From Scenedesmus sp. PABB004 (taxonomy: Eukaryota): a stretch of DNA of 64,000 nucleotides. The stretch lies in NCBI GenBank assembly GCA_014905635.1, contig JABVCE010000014.1:186001-250000 (forward strand), given 5' to 3'. Both the position numbers and the translations under genes were made by a program. The stretch's first letter is position 1; each line of letters opens with the position of its first letter. The notes under the pieces were generated by a model that worked only from the letters and a program-made list of their open reading frames with translations, had not been told where the DNA came from and ran no database searches. Shown here one piece after another: positions 25,913 to 39,842 of this stretch.

Positions 25913-25951
<39 letters not shown>

Positions 25952-27444
25952 CGCGCCCGTCGCCGCCGGCCGGGCCCGAGGCGGCGGTGGCCGACGAGTT
26001 CGTGGAGCTCTACGAGCAGGCCTTCCTCAGCCGCGCCGTCGCCGCGGTCGACGCCGCGGCCGCGCGCGGCGTGCCGGAGGCCGCCGTCGCGGCCGCGCTG
26101 CGCGGGCGCGGGCTCGACCTTGCACAGCTGCGCGCGCGCGCGGCGGAGGTGTCGCGCGGCATCGCCGAGTGCGGCAGCGACGACGGCTGGCGCCTCATCA
26201 GCGACGACGGCCGGCTGCGCGTGATGTACCGCCACACGCCCGGCAGCTCGGTGCACGGGTTCAAGGGCTCCGCGACCCTGCCCGCGCCCATGGCGGTGAG
26301 AGCCACGCGGCGGCGCTGCCCAGGGGCCCTGGGCGGCCGCTGCGCCGCGCGGGCGCGTCCCGCCGCGCTCACGCCTTGTCCGCGCCGCCGCGCCTGCGTG
26401 CGGCGCAGCAACCCGTGGCCATGGCGCGTGAGTTTGACCTCGTGACCAGCTGGAACTCCTACGTCACCACCAGCGACGTGCTGCGGGTGCGGCCCTGCGG
26501 TCCCCCGCGCGGGGCCCCCGCCGGGCGCCGCGCGCGCGCTGCGCCGCCTCTGCCGCACACCGCGGAGCGTCTAGCGCGGCCCCGCCCCGCGTCCCGCCTC
26601 GCCGCGCCCCAGACGTACTGCCTGATCGATCTGCTCGTGTACGCCTCGGTGTGGCTCCCCTGGCCGCTCGCCGAGCGCGACGTCGTCATCTCGGCCGTGG
26701 CGGACGACCAGCTGCGCGAGCACGGCGTCGTCGCCGTCAGCTTCGCGACGCCGCCGGCGCTGCCGGTGCGCGGGGCGGGCGGCGCGCGCGGCGCGCTGGC
26801 GAGCCGCGCGCCGAGCCGCGCGCCGAGCCGCGCGCCGGCGAGCGCCGCTCGCGCCGCCCGCGCCGCCGCGCCGCGCGCAGCCCGGGTGCGACCTGCCGGC
26901 GGGCGCGGCGCGGCGGGAGCACATCGCGTTCACGTCTGGCAGTTGCATGACGCTCACCCCGGTCGCGGGCGGCGGCGCGCCGGGCGGGCAGCAGCCGGCG
27001 GCGCAGCAGACCGCGGTGGTCGTCACGGCCAACGTCGAGACGCACATGGCGAGCGTGCCGGAGGCGCTCATACACTTTGTCCTGCGGGTGCGCGCGCGTG
27101 CGCGCCGCGCACGCGCACCCGCCCGCCCGGCCAGAGCTCCCCGGCCGGCCGGCGCTCGCTCCCTGTGCGCCCCGCGCCGCCGCCCCCTGAACCGCGCCCT
27201 GCGCCGTCGTCGCCCCTGAACCCTGCTCCAGGTCTTTGCGCCCTTCATGTACAGCACGGTGCTCAAGACGCTGCATGCGTCGTTCGACGACCCCGCCGCG
27301 CCGCTGCCGCGCCGCATGGCAGAGAACGCCGAGCTCTACGCCATGATCATGGCCCGCTGCGAGCACTTCCTGCAGGGCCACCCCGATGACGCTGACGCTG
27401 ACGCTGACGCCGCCGCCGCGCTGGGAGGAGCGGGCAGCGGCTGA
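25714..27444 (+). CDS. START/SRPBCC lipid-binding domain protein with N-terminal polyQ
   Basis: DDGWRLISDDGRLRVMYRH..HGFKGSATL, AMAREFDLVTSWN, YASVWLPWPLAERDVVISAV, VPEALIHFVLR-VFAPFMY; exons joined by GT-AG introns. Confidence 0.8.
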
Positions 27445-27651
27445 CCCGGGCCGTCGCTGACCGGGTCGGCGGCGGCTGACCGGGGCTCTGCGCGCTTGCG
27501 CCCCGCCGCGTGACCCTGCCGCCGCCAAGTAACTCGCGTGATCGCCGCCCCTCGCGTGATCGCCGCCCCCACGCCGAGGCAACCAGACACAGCCCTCCCG
27601 CGTCTGCCAGCCGGTCGCCTGCTCGCGCCACCGCCACCGCAGCTCGCCCGC

Positions 27652-29586
27652 ATGCTGCTGCGGCAGCAACTGGCCGCCACGGCCAGCGCTGCGCGCCAGC
27701 AGGCGCTGTGGCAGCTGGAAACGTTTCATAGCAGCCACCGACACCGCGGCCGGCGGTCGAGCGGGGGCGCCGCGCCCTGGGGCGACCGGGCAGCGGGTGC
27801 GCTGCTGCCGCCGCCGCTCCGCGGCTGCCGGCGCGCCTGGCGCGCCGGCAGCCTGCCCACGAGCGCGCTAGTAGGTGAGATTGAGCTTCGGCCTGGCGCT
27901 GACGCACCCGCACGGCGGCAGGGCACGCAGCAGCGGCGACGGCCCCTCCACGCAGCAGCGACGGCCCCTCCACCAGCGGGCGGCCGCCTGCAGAGGGCAA
28001 CGGCAGCAGCGCGGCCCCCGGCCCAGAACCGCTGGCCACCGAGGGCGAGGACACGATCGCCTCCCTGGTCACCGGTGCGCGCGCGGCGCGGCGCACCGCC
28101 TGGCGCACGCGCACGGGGGTGGCAGAGCTCGCCTGCAGCCGCCGCCGCGGCCCATGCTGACGCTGCCGCGCCGCACCCGGGCAGGCGGGAGCCGCTCCGG
28201 CGCGGTGGACATCATCCGCGTGTCGGGCAGCGACGCGGTGCAGATCGCGCAGCGAGTGTTCTGGCCGCAGGCGCGCGCCGCGCCGCGCCGCGCCGCGCCT
28301 TGGCGGCGCCGCCGCCGGGCAGCGAGCGGCCCGCACGCAGCCGGGCGCGCACGGTAGCGGCGGCGGCGCGCGCGACACCCCCGCCGCTGGCCGCCCGGGC
28401 GCGCGTTGCAGGGGCGCTTCCGCTTTGGCTGGCGGCCGGCGAGCCAGCGCATCTACCACGGGGCGGCCGTGGACGGCGAGGGGCGCGTGATCGACGAGGT
28501 GCTGCTGCTCGCGATGCTGCGGCCCAAGTCGTACACGCGCGAGGACGTATGCGAGCTGCACACCCACGGCGGCGGTGTGTGCGCGCAGCGCGTGCTGCGC
28601 GCGTGCATCGAGGCCGGCGCGCGCCCCGCGCGCCCCGGAGAGTTCACGCTGCGGGCCTTCCTCAACGGCCGGCTCGACCTCTCCCAGGCGCGCCGCGCGC
28701 CGCGCCGCGCCGCGCCGCGCCACGCCACGCTGCGCCGCCGCAGGCGGGCGGGCGGGCGCCGCGGGCGCGGCCCCCTGCCGGCCGCGCCGCGCCGCCGCCG
28801 ACGCGCGCGCGCCCGCGCCGCCGCCGCCGCCGCCCCGCGCCCGCGCCGTGGCTGGCAGGCGGAGAACGTGCTCGCCCTCGTCAACGCGCGCACGGCGACC
28901 GCCGCCGACAGTGCGCTCGCGGGGCTCGCGGGCGGGCTGGGCGCGCTCGTGTCGGAGCTGCGCGGCGACTGCCTGGAGATCCTGGCCGAGCTCGAGGCGC
29001 GGCTGGACTTTGACGACGACATGCCGCCGATGGACCAGGACGCGCTCGTCGCCGACATTGCGGGCGCGTGGGCGCGCACACGCGCGGCGCCTCGGCCGCC
29101 GGCGGGCGCCGGCGCCGCACGCGGGGCGCCCGCGTTGGGGCCGCGCCACGCCGCGCCGCGCCGCGCCGCGCCGCGCCCACCCCGGCCGCCCGTGCCGCGC
29201 GCGCCGCGGCGCCACAGCGCTGCAGCAGGACATTGAGGCCGCGCTGCGCACGAGCCGGCAGGGCAGCCTGCTGCGCCAGGGCCTCCAGGCGCGTGCATGC
29301 GCGCCGCGGCGCCCGGCTGGCGTGCACGTCTGCGCCGCGGCGCCCCGCAGGCGCGTGCGCCCAGCGCCGCGCGCCCAGCGCCGCCGCGTGCGTGTGTGTG
29401 CGCGGTGGCCGCAGGTGGCGATTGTGGGCCGGCCCAACGTCGGCAAGTCGAGCCTGCTCAACGCGTGGAGCCGCACCGACCGCGCCATCGTCACTGACAT
29501 CGCCGGCACGACACGCGACGTGCTGGAGGCGGGTGCGCCCCTGCCGCGGCCCGCGGCCCGCCGCCCGCGGCCCACCGCGCCGCTCA

Positions 29587-29618
<32 letters not shown>

Positions 29619-29862
29619 GCGCACTCACCGCGCCGCCGCCGCCGCCGGCACCGCCGCCGCCAAGGCCTGACCGTCGGCGGCGTGCCCGTGACGCTGCTCG
29701 ACACGGCGGGCATCCGCGACAGCGCCGACGCGGTGGAGCAGCTCGGCGTCGAGCGCAGCGCCGCGGCGGCGCGCGCGGCAGACGTGGTGGTCATGGTGAT
29801 CGACGCGGCGGCCGGCTGGACGCAGGAGGACCGCGAGATCTTCGAGGCGCTCTGGGGCGCCC

Positions 29863-29896
<34 letters not shown>

Positions 29897-30453
29897 GGGC
29901 GTACGGGGCCCCGCGCTGCTGGTGGCCAACAAGAGCGACCTCGCGGGTGCGGCGAGGCGCGGCGCGGCGGCAGCGCGCGCGTGCTGCGCTACGCTACTCT
30001 GCGCTGCGCTGCGCTGCGCTGCGCTGCATGAACGAGCGCCGCCCCGCCCGCCCGCCCGCCCGCCCGCCCGCCGCCCGCCCGCCGGCGCGCAGGGGCAAGG
30101 CGCTCTCGCTGCCGCTACTGGCCAAGGAGACGTTTGCGGCGGTCGTGCCCACGAGCGCGGTCACGCGCGACGGCCTGCCCGACCTCGACGCCGCGCTGCT
30201 CGCGCTCGCGGGCGCGCCGCAGCTCGCGGGCGGCGGCGTGTCGTGGGCGGTCAACGAGCGGCAGGCCGAGGCGCTCGTGCGCGCGCACGAGGCGCTCGGC
30301 GCGGTCGGGGAGAGCGTGGCGGGCGGGCTGCCGCTCGACTGCTGGACGATCGACCTGCGCGCCGCGCTGCTCGCGCTCGGCGAGGTGTCGGGGCAGGGCG
30401 TGAGCGAGGAGGTGCTGGACTCGGTCTTTGCCCGCTTCTGCATCGGCAAGTGA
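27652..30453 (+). CDS. mnmE: Organellar tRNA-modification GTPase MnmE/TrmE, 9 exons
   Basis: [116 protein letters not shown] at 30557. Confidence 0.97.
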
Positions 30454-32246
30454 GCGAGCGAGCGCGGCCGCCGAGGCGTGGCGCGGCGTGGTGGTGCGCG
30501 CGCGCCGCCGGGGCTGCCGCCGAGCCGCGGGGCGCTGCGGCTGGCGGCGCCGCTGCTGTAACTGGCGGCGACGCGAAACGGGCGCCGACCGGGGCAGTGC
30601 GCGCTCAACCGGGGTTTCATGCGGCGGCCTCTACCTGCCTGCTGGCCCCCCTTCCCTACACACCACACACCACAAGTGACGTGCTGCGGGATGCTGCTCC
30701 TGCTCCGTCACGCGCGTCCAGCGGCGCCGGCGCGCGGGCAGGGGCGCACGCGCGCCGCCGTCCAGGCGCCGCGCGGCGGCACCGCCATGTGCGCCGCGGC
30801 CGGTCAGTCGGGGTCGGTCAGTCAGTGCGGGGGTCAAGCTACCCTGCTGCGGCTCGCGGTCAGGTCATGGGAGGTCAAACATGTGCGGGGGTCAGTCGGG
30901 TCGGGTCGGTCAGTCGCGGCGGCCGCCGCGCGGCAAAGTGCGGCGCCGCCGCATTCATTCTTTGGGCCGCGGCCCTTGTTCGTGGTGCTGCTGCGTAGGT
31001 AGTGTACACTCAACGCTGCTCGCGGGGGGCGCGGCCGGCGCCGCGGCGGCGGCGCGCCCCCGCGCGCGCGCGCGACGCCAGGCCGCGGCGGCGCGGCTGC
31101 GCCCGCGCGCGGCGCCTCGTCGGGGCGCGAGCGCGTGGCGACGCTGGTCAGCAAGGCACAAGGGTGGTGGTGGGTGGGTGTGGTCGGCTGTGGTCGTGCG
31201 CCCCGCCCGTCGCCGTGCGGTGGTGGTTGGTGGTCTCCCGTCGTGTGCGCGCGCGCCCCCGGTCAGAGCGTTAAGCAAATGCCGCGGGCGGGGCGGGGCG
31301 GGCCTAGCCGCGCCCGCGCCCGCCGCGCGAGGGGTGGGTCAAAACGCCTGCGCTGCGCTCCTGCCTGCTGGGCGGCGGCGCGCGGCGCGCCGCCGCCCCT
31401 GCCCACAACCGCGCTGCTGCTGCCGCGAATGCGTGGCATTCGGCTGGGGGCAGCGTGCATGCATCGCTCGCGCGCCCCAGCCCCTACGTAGCTAAGTGAG
31501 GATCAGGCTGCCCGCACGCACGCACGCGCACACACGCAAAACAGACGGCGCCTGCAACAGACGAGACCGCGGCTGGCTGCTGGGGGGTGGCGCACACAGG
31601 GCACACACACACGCAGGGGGCGCGCGCGCGGGCGGCACGGCGCGCCGCGCCGCGCGCGCGCGCCCGAGGGAGGCTGCGCTTGCGGCAGGGGCGCCGCGCG
31701 CGCGCAGGGAATGGCAGTGCTGCAGTGCGTGCGTCGGGGTTGGGAGCGAGGGCCTCTGCCTACGTAACGACCTGTTGGGCAAAGATGCAGGCGCCTGCCA
31801 ACACACCATGGCGCCCGGCGGCCGCGGCGGCGCGCCGGGGCTGCTGCAAGCGCGCCGCGGCGCGGCGCCGCGGTGGCCCCGGCGGCGGCGTGCGGCCGGC
31901 CGGCGCCCCGCGCGGCGGCGCGCGCGCGTGGCGCGGCCGCGCCTGCCCTGGGCGCAACCTGGGTCTGGCAGCAGCAGACAAAACACTCGCAGCACGCTCG
32001 GGTGGCAACGCTCGTCCCCAATGAAATGCGCCCAAGCGCCAACCCATTGGCCGGCGCGCGGGGGAGGCCCTCGCTGCGCCGCGCCAAGCTGCTGGCCCGC
32101 AGCTCGGCGGCAGCTGGGCGGGCGCGGGGCGCGCCCGCCCGGGCTGCCGCACTGCCGCCAGCAGCAGTCGCGGCGGCAGCCGCCCCGCCCCGCGCGCCGC
32201 GCGCGGCGCCGCCGGCCGCGCGGCGGCGGCGGCGGCGGGGCGGCCG

Positions 32247-34134
32247 CTAGCTCGCCCAGCCCGCCGCGCCGCCGGGGCCGAACGAGGCAAACTCGGGCCT
32301 CGTGCCGAGCGGGCTGGTGCCGGGCAGGTGGCCGACCGGCTCGGCGCCGTAGCCCGCCGCCGCCGCGGCGCTCGCGACCGCCTGGTCGGCGGCCTGGTAG
32401 CCGCCGGCGTCGGGCGCGCCGCCAAACTGCTGCCCGCCGGGCGGCGGGAACGCGCCAAAGCCGCCGCCGCCGAGCCCGCCCGGCACGCCGCCGTAGGTCT
32501 TGGCCATCGCGGCCGCGGCCGCGGCCGCCGCCGCGGCGCCGCTCTGCGCGAGGTCGGGGCGCCCGAGCGCGCCGAGCTTGGCGCCGAGCACGTCGACGCC
32601 GCCGAGCTGCCCCGGGTAGCCGTTGAGCTGCGGCGGCGCCGGCTGCGCCCCCGCCTGCGCGGCCTGCTGCGCCTGCTGCGCCTGCTGCGCGGCCTGCTGC
32701 TGCGCCTGCGCGTGGAGCTGCTGCTGCTGCGCCTGGAGCTGCTGCAGCTGGCTGCTGATGTTGTACATGCCGCCCACGGGGCTGCTGCCGGGCTGCGCGA
32801 GGCCGCCGTCGCCGCCGCCGCCAAAGCCGAGCCCGCCGTACATGCCCGCCGCGGCCGCGGCGGCCGCGCCAAACTGCTGCGCGCCGGCCATGCCGAAGCG
32901 GCCGCCCGGCGGGCCGCCGCCGCCGGGCGGGCCGCCGCCGCCGCCGCCGTAGCGGCCGCCGCCGGGCACCTGCTGCGCGTACTGCACGGGCAGGCCGCCG
33001 CTGTACGCGCCGCCGCCGCCGCGCTCGGCGCCGTAGCCGCCCGGCGCGACGCCGGCCGTGAGCGGCGGGCGCCCGCCGGGCGCCGCGAACGCGCGGCCGC
33101 CGTAGCCGGGCAGCCCGCCCGGCGCGGCGCGCGGGAAGGCGCCGTACGGCGGCGGCGGCCGCCCCGGGAAGCCCGGCCCCGGCGGCAGCCCGCCGGGGCG
33201 GCCGGGGAAGAAGGGCGGCGCGCGGCGCGCCGCCGGGGGCATCTGGTCGCGCGGCACGGCGGGCTTGATCTCGATCTGCTTGTCGTGGATGTTCTGCATC
33301 GCGCCGTGGCTGAAGACGTTGTCCACCGCCTCCTCCTCGGCAAAGGTGATGAAGCCGAAGCCGCGCGGGCGCTTGTTGTCGTGGTCATACATCACGACCG
33401 CATCGTCGACCGTGCCGAAGGCCTCGAAGTACTGGCGCAGCACCTGCTCGTCCACGCTCGGCGCGAGGCCGCCCACGAAGATCTTGCGCGTCTTCTGGGC
33501 GCCGTCGCTGGGCGCGGGAGGGGGCGGCGTGTCCTCCTTGGGGACGGCCTTCTTGGCCTCCACCTGCGCAGCAGCGGCGGCGCGCCGCGCGGGCGCGCGC
33601 GGGTCGGCCCCACCCCCGGCGCGCCCCGGGGCGCCCCCCGCCGCCGGCCCGGGGTCCAAACCCGGGCTGTGCCGGCGCCCCGCACCCCGGGCGCGGCCCG
33701 CGGGGGCCCGCGCGGCGCGGCGCGCGGCGGCGCGGGCGCCGCCGCGCGCGCGGCGGCGCGCGTGCCGCACCTCGCGCCGGTCTATCGTGTGCTTGCTGGC
33801 CACGACCTTGTCCGCCACCTCGCTGGACTCGAACACCACGAAGCCAAAGCCGCGCGGGCGCCCGGTGTTGCGGTCATAGCTCACGAAGGCCTCCAGCACG
33901 GAGCCAAAGTTCTCAAAGTAGCTCCGCAGCTTGGCGTCGCTCGTCTGCGGCGCCCCCACGCGCTCGCGTCGGCCCCCCGGGCCCGCACGGCGCGCCGCGG
34001 CGGGCCCAGCGGCGCGGCGCGGGGGCGGGCCCGCGCGCGGCTGGCGCGGCGGGCCCCGCGCGCGCGCGGGGCGTGCCCACCTCCCAGGAGAGCCCGCCTA
34101 TGAAGACCTTGTTCGACTGCTTATTCTCGCTCAT
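32247..34134 (-). CDS. Two-RRM RNA-binding protein (Musashi/hnRNP A-D/Hrp1-like) with Gly/Gln-rich tail
   Basis: NKVFIGGLSWE-TSD, RPRGFGFVVF, RKIFVGGL, RPRGFGFITF, KQIEIKPAVPR; 3 exons. Confidence 0.93.
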
Positions 34135-35916
34135 GTTGGCGCGGGCGGGCGGCCGTGCGGAGCGCGCATGGGCACTGTTTCACGCGGCATGCATGGCGCA
34201 ACACCGGGCCGGGGGGTGCTCGCCGCGGGCTGCGCGGGGGCCGTGCGCGTGCCTGGGGGCCGCTCCGTCGCGACGGGAGCCCCGGGGGCGCCTCGGAACG
34301 CCCGCGCGCGCCGCAAAAGCCTGGCTGACAAGAGGCGCGGTAGAGGCCGTCGATGCGCGCACGGGCGAGGGCGGCGGGAGGCCAGGGCGGCCGCCGCGGA
34401 CGCGCTGCGCGCGCCCGGGCTGCGCGCGGGCGCCGCAGCGCGCGAGGCGCGCGCGGCGGACTGGCGGGCGCGGCTGGCGGGCGCGACTGGGCGAGCGTGC
34501 GGACAGCCCGCGCCCGGGACGGCGGGGCGGCCCCGCGAGGGCGAAGGACCAGCAGCAGCAGCATGCCCGCGCCCCGCCCTCCCTGCCCACAGCGCAAGCG
34601 GCGCCCCGGGCCTGGCACGCAGCCCCCACAGCTCCCGGGCCCGCCGCGCCGCCGCCCGGCACACCGCGCCGCCGCCGGGGCACGCCCGCGCAGCGGCGCC
34701 GCTCGCGCGCGCTGCCGCTGCCGCTGCCGCTGCCGCGCGCCGCCGCTGCTGCCGCCAGCCCCCACGCCCATGCACGCCGGCTCGCCGACCGCGCGCTGCG
34801 GTCGGCGCGCGCGCGCGGCGCAGCGGCCGCGGTCAGCAGCAGCGGCGCCCGGCGCCCCGACGCGTGCCCCGCTGCGCCCGCCGCGCCGCCGTGCCCCCGC
34901 CCGCTCACCGGCCGCCGCGTGGTGGGGAGGAGCAGCAGCCCTGCTGGGCGAGGGGGGAGCGCCGCCCTCGCGCGCGCCCCGCCGCGCCTGCGCCGACGCC
35001 GCCCCCGCCAGCCCGCCACCGCCGCGCCCTGCTGCTGCGGCCCGCACGTCGGCCGCCGCCGCCGCGCGCTCGGCGCGGCGGGCCGCGCGCCAGCCGGCCC
35101 GCCGGACCGGGGCAGCCGCCCCTGGTCAGTCCTGCCAGCGTGCGCGCAGCGCGGCGGCGGGCGGGCGGCGGGTGGGTCCCCGCGCGCGCGCAGCGGCCAG
35201 CAGCGCGCGAGCCGTCGGCGGCGGCGCACCTCCGCGGCGGGCGCCGCAGCGCAGCGCGCGCTGCCCGCGCGTGGCGCGCGCCGCTGCTCGCGGCGCGCAC
35301 GCGTGCGCCGGGCGAGGAGGGGCGTCGTGAAGGGTAGCTGCTGGGGCGCTGTTGCTCAGGGAGGGGGCGCCTGCGGCAGCGCGGCCGCAGGTCGGCGCGG
35401 GCCGCGCGCGCCGCGCGCCGCCGCCGCAGGCGCGCGGCCGCCGGGCCTGCCGCGCGCACCTCGGGGCTCGGCCAAGGCGCCCCGGCGCGCCTCAGCGGCC
35501 CGCCGGGGCCCCTGGCGGGCGCCGGCGGGCGGCAGGAGCGCGCCCGCGAGGCGCGCAGCGCCCCCGCGCGCCCTGGCGCCGTCGGGCGCCGCCGGGACGA
35601 CAGGGTGGCCGAGCCGCGCACCGGCGGGGTCGCCAGGCGGCTGATCCGGGCGGTCTGGGCCATTGCCGCGGGCGAGTGGCGCGTTTCTTGCTCGGTCGCG
35701 GCGCAATGCCCGCCGCGCCGCTCTCACTGTGCAGCCAGAGAGCGGCCGGCGCCTGGGCGTCGAGGCGGCGGGCTCGGCGTGCGCGGGCGGGCGGGCGGGC
35801 GCGATGCGAGAGCAGCACGCGCTCCACGCGCCGGGCGGCTGCGGCGCGGTGCCGGGCGCGCGAGACTGCCGCGGGGAAGACACGCAGCGCGCCGGAAAAG
35901 CAGCCGGGGCAGCGGT

Positions 35917-37770
35917 TCAACGACGCGCGCCCCGCTGCGCCGCCCCGCTGCGCCGCCGCGCGCCCGCCGCCGCCCCGGCTCCCGGGGGGTCAGAGGAGCC
36001 CCCCGGCGCCGCCGCCGCCGCCGTGGGCGGCCGCCGCCGGCGCAGGCGCCGCCGGCGCGGCGCGAGCCGCCGCGCCGCGCGCGCGCGCGCGCCGCCGCGC
36101 GCGGCGTGCGCGCGGCACCAGCGCAGGTACTGCAGCGCGCGCTGCAGGTTGCCGATGTCGCTCGGCGGCAGCGCGACGCCGGCGAGGCCGCGCACGCGGC
36201 GCACGTACGCGGCCGCCCAGGCGCGCGAGGGGCGCAGCCCGAGCTGACCGAGCGCGACGCCCGCGGCGCCGAGCGCGGCGCCGTCCATGCCGCCCAGCCG
36301 CGCGCGCGCCCAGCGCAGCAGCGCGCCGAGGTAGGGCGCCGGCAGGCGCGGCGCGAGCGTCGCGAGCCCGCTCAGCAGCGCCGCGAGCGTGCCGCCGCGG
36401 CAGCGCGGCAGCAGGGGCCGGCTGGCGCCGCGGAACGCGGCGAGCCACGGCGCCGGCAGGCGCGCGGGCCCGAGCTGCGCGAGGCCGTCGAGCAGCTCCG
36501 CCAGCAGCGCGGGGCTCCAGGCGGCGGCGCCCGCCGCGCCCGCCGGTGCCGCCGCCGGCGCCGGCGCGAGCAGCATGCGCTGCGACGCGGCGAGCACGGC
36601 GTCGGCCCACGCGGGCTCGGGCGCGTGCCGCAGCGCGGCGACCGCGCGCAGCAGGCCGACGAGGTCGCCCGCGCTGCAGTCGCCCGCGCGCAGGCGCCGC
36701 GCCGACGCCGCGAGCACCGCGTCGAGCCGCGCCGGCGCGAGCGCGTGCCCCGTCGCGAGCAGGCCGCGCAGCAGCTGCTGCAGCTGCGCCGCGCTGCACG
36801 CCGGCAGCTGCGCGAGCAGCGCGTCGTACAGCGCGTCCAGCCAGGCCGCGCCGGGGCGCAGCTGCAGGCGGCCGAGGCACCACAGCGCGGTCGTGAGCTG
36901 CGCGGGCGTGCAGCGCGGCAGCAGCGCGCCCAGGCGCGCCAGCAGCGGCCGCAGCCAGGCCGTGTCGGTGACCAGCTCCGCGGGCGGGCGCGCCCACGCG
37001 GCGGCCGCGTCGCCGGCCCGCCGCGGCGGCTTGGGCAGCAGGCCGCCGCCGCTGCCCGCGGACTGCGCGGACTCCGCGGCACTCGCAGGCCCCGCGGCGC
37101 TGGCCGCGACGGCGCGCGCCGGGGGTGGCGCGCTCGCTGCCCAGTGCGCCTCAACGCTGCTGGCGCGCCACACCGCCGCCGCGTAGAGGGCGTCCAGCAG
37201 CTGGTTCGGGGTCAGCGCCGCCGCCTGCCGTGCGAGGTGCATCCGCCACGCCAGCTGCCAGCGCAGGCCGGGCGTCGCGCCAAGGCGGGCAAGGGCAAAC
37301 GCAGCGTTGCCCAGGAACGCCGGCGAGGGCGGCGGCGGCTGCTGCTGCTGCAGCTGCTGGTGCGCCTGCAGCCCCAGCACTGCCGCACTGCGGTGCACGA
37401 GGGCGCGCATCCAGGCCTCTGCCGGCGCCGCGCCCAGCAGCGCGAGCGCGACGAGCGAGAGCCGCAACTCCTGCTCGCCGGCGCTCGCGAGCTGCGGCTG
37501 CGAGGCCGCCTGCCAGCCGGACAGCCAGGCGCCGCAGGGGCGCAGCCGCCAGCGGACCGCGTAGACCCACAGCAGGTCAACCAGCTCCCGCATGCCGCAG
37601 CCCGGCAGCAGCGCGAGCTGCTGGCGCTGCAGCTCAGCCAGCAGCGGCGGCGCCAGCGGCGCGCGCCCAGGAGGGCGCAGCAGCGACAGGCCCACCGCCG
37701 CCAGCGCCGCGCTGCCGGGCGCCGCCTGCTGCAGCGCGCTGCCGGGGGTGCCGCCCCCGCCCTGCTCCGG

Positions 37771-37805
<35 letters not shown>

Positions 37806-39438
37806 CTGCTGCTGCCAGGGCTGCGTCCCCTGCTGCTGCTGCCGCTCCTCCAGCAGCTGCCGCCACCGGTGGCACCGCGGCGTCGCTCCGCCCGCGCGCC
37901 GCCACCAGCGCCGCGGCCAGCTCCTGCACGCCCTCGTCGCTCAGGGGCAGCTGCAGCTGCGACGCCGCCCACACCGCCTGCGGGAGACGCCGCCAGGCGG
38001 CATCGGCGCCTGCGTCGGCGCCTGCCGCCGCCACCACGGCGCCGGCGGCAGCGGGCAGAGCCTCGGCCACGGCCTCCAGCCACGCTCGGGGCAGCAGCCC
38101 TTGTGGCGGCCGCCGCTGCTGCTGCCGCTTGTCCAGCACCACCGGCAGCAGCGGCAGCAGCAGCACGAGCTGCGCTGGCGCCATCGCCGAGAGCCTGCCC
38201 GCCTCGAGGTGCCGGCGCCAAAAGGCGGGCGGCAGGCGCGCGCGCAGCTGCCGCGCCGCGCCCGCCACCTCTAGCAGCTGCGCAGGGCCAAAGCCGTGCG
38301 GCAGCGCCGCCGCGGCCGCACCCCAGGCCGCCAGCCACTGCTGGTCGGGCCACGCCGGCTGCTCGTCTGCTTGCTGCTGCTCCTGCTGCTCGCACATCTG
38401 CTGCTGCTCGCACAGCTGCTGCTCCTGCTGCTGCTCGCGCACGTGGCTTGCCAGCCGCAGCGTGGCTGTCAGGAAGCTCTGGCTGGCTGCGCCGACGGAT
38501 GCCAGCCCGCTCTGCTGCTGCGGCTCCTCGTCTGGCCCCGCCGCGGCGCCCCACATGACGCGGCTGCTGGCGTCGCCAAACCACGCCGCCCAGGACGCGC
38601 ACGGCCGCAGCTGCAGCGCCACCACTGCCTGCGCCACGTCCGCCAGCAGATTCGCGTTGGCCAGCGCCGCCCTGGCCTGCCGGGCAGCCGCAGCGGCGTT
38701 GCCGTCGCCGCGGCCAGCGCACATGCGCGCCAGCATCTGCTGCCCCAGCTCCCGCCGCTGCGCGCCGCCGACATCCAGCAGCCACAGCGCGCGCAGCAGC
38801 TCCGCGGCCGCCACCGCGTTGCCGGGCGACACGCCTGGCACGGCCTTGCGCGCGAGGCGGCCCAGCAGCGCCGGCAGACCGCCGTCGGCGCCGGCGCCCT
38901 GGCGCTGCCGCCCCTCCTGCTGCGCCGACCGCGCCAGCAGCACGGCGTGCTGCAGCACGCGCCGCGCCTGCTGGCTGTCGAGCTGCTGCCACAGCCTCGG
39001 CGCCCGCCCCGCCGCCGGGCGCCGCGCGGCCGCCGCGGGCCGCAGCAGCAGCGCGGCCAGCGCCTCCGCCGAGCCGCACCGCGACAGGCTGGCCCCCAGC
39101 TCGGTGTCGCGCTGCTCCGCGGGCTGTGCGCGCGCCGCCGCCGGCCGCTGCTGCTGCTGCGGCTGCTGCTCCGGGCGGCCGCCGGTCGGCGCCTGGCCGC
39201 CGGGCGGCCCCTGGCCGCCGGGCGGCCCCCGCCGCTCCACCGGCGGCTGCCGCGCCGTGGGCGCGCCGCTGCCGGCCGGCTCCTGGCGCAGCGCCAGCTG
39301 CGGGCCCGGGGCAGCCAGGCCGCTGCAGGCGCTGCCGCCCCCGCGCCACGGCTGCGGCGGCGTGGGCGCGCGGGCAGCAGCGGCGGCCGGCGGCGGGCGT
39401 GGCGGCGCCGCGGCCCAGCAGGGCGGGCCCGCCGGCAT
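35917..39438 (-). CDS. Chlorophyte helical-repeat (OPR-like) organellar RNA-binding protein, apparently intronless
   Basis: Repeated ~38-aa units such as PAQLTTALWCLGRLQLRPGAAWLDAL and PAFLGNAAFALARLGATPGLRW in ORF 35917..40785; first plausible ATG at 39438; exact 3' end uncertain. Confidence 0.75.
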
Positions 39439-39842
39439 GCCCGCGGCGGTCAGGAGCCGCTCCTCATGGCACTCCCGCGCGGGGTGATGGCCCCCGGCAA
39501 GGCGTGCTGTTGTTGTCGCTGCTGCCGCCGGGGCGAGCTTGCGCAGGCGTGGGCGCGTGTGCGGTCGGCCCGAGTCACTGACGAGCTTGGGCGGGCGGGG
39601 AGCTGGGCGGGCCGCTCCACACGCCGCCGTCACGACGCCGGGGTTCGACGGCGCGGCGCCGCGCCGCGCGCAGGCCTCGCCGTAGGCCCCGCAAGGCTCC
39701 CAGTCACGCTCACCACCACGCTCGCCGCGCCACAGCCTCGGCCCCCGACCCGGCGCGCACCCACGCCACCGCACGGGCAGCGGCAACGGCGGAGGGCGGC
39801 GGCGCCGGTGGCGGCGGCGGCAGCGGCAGCGCCCGCGGGCGC

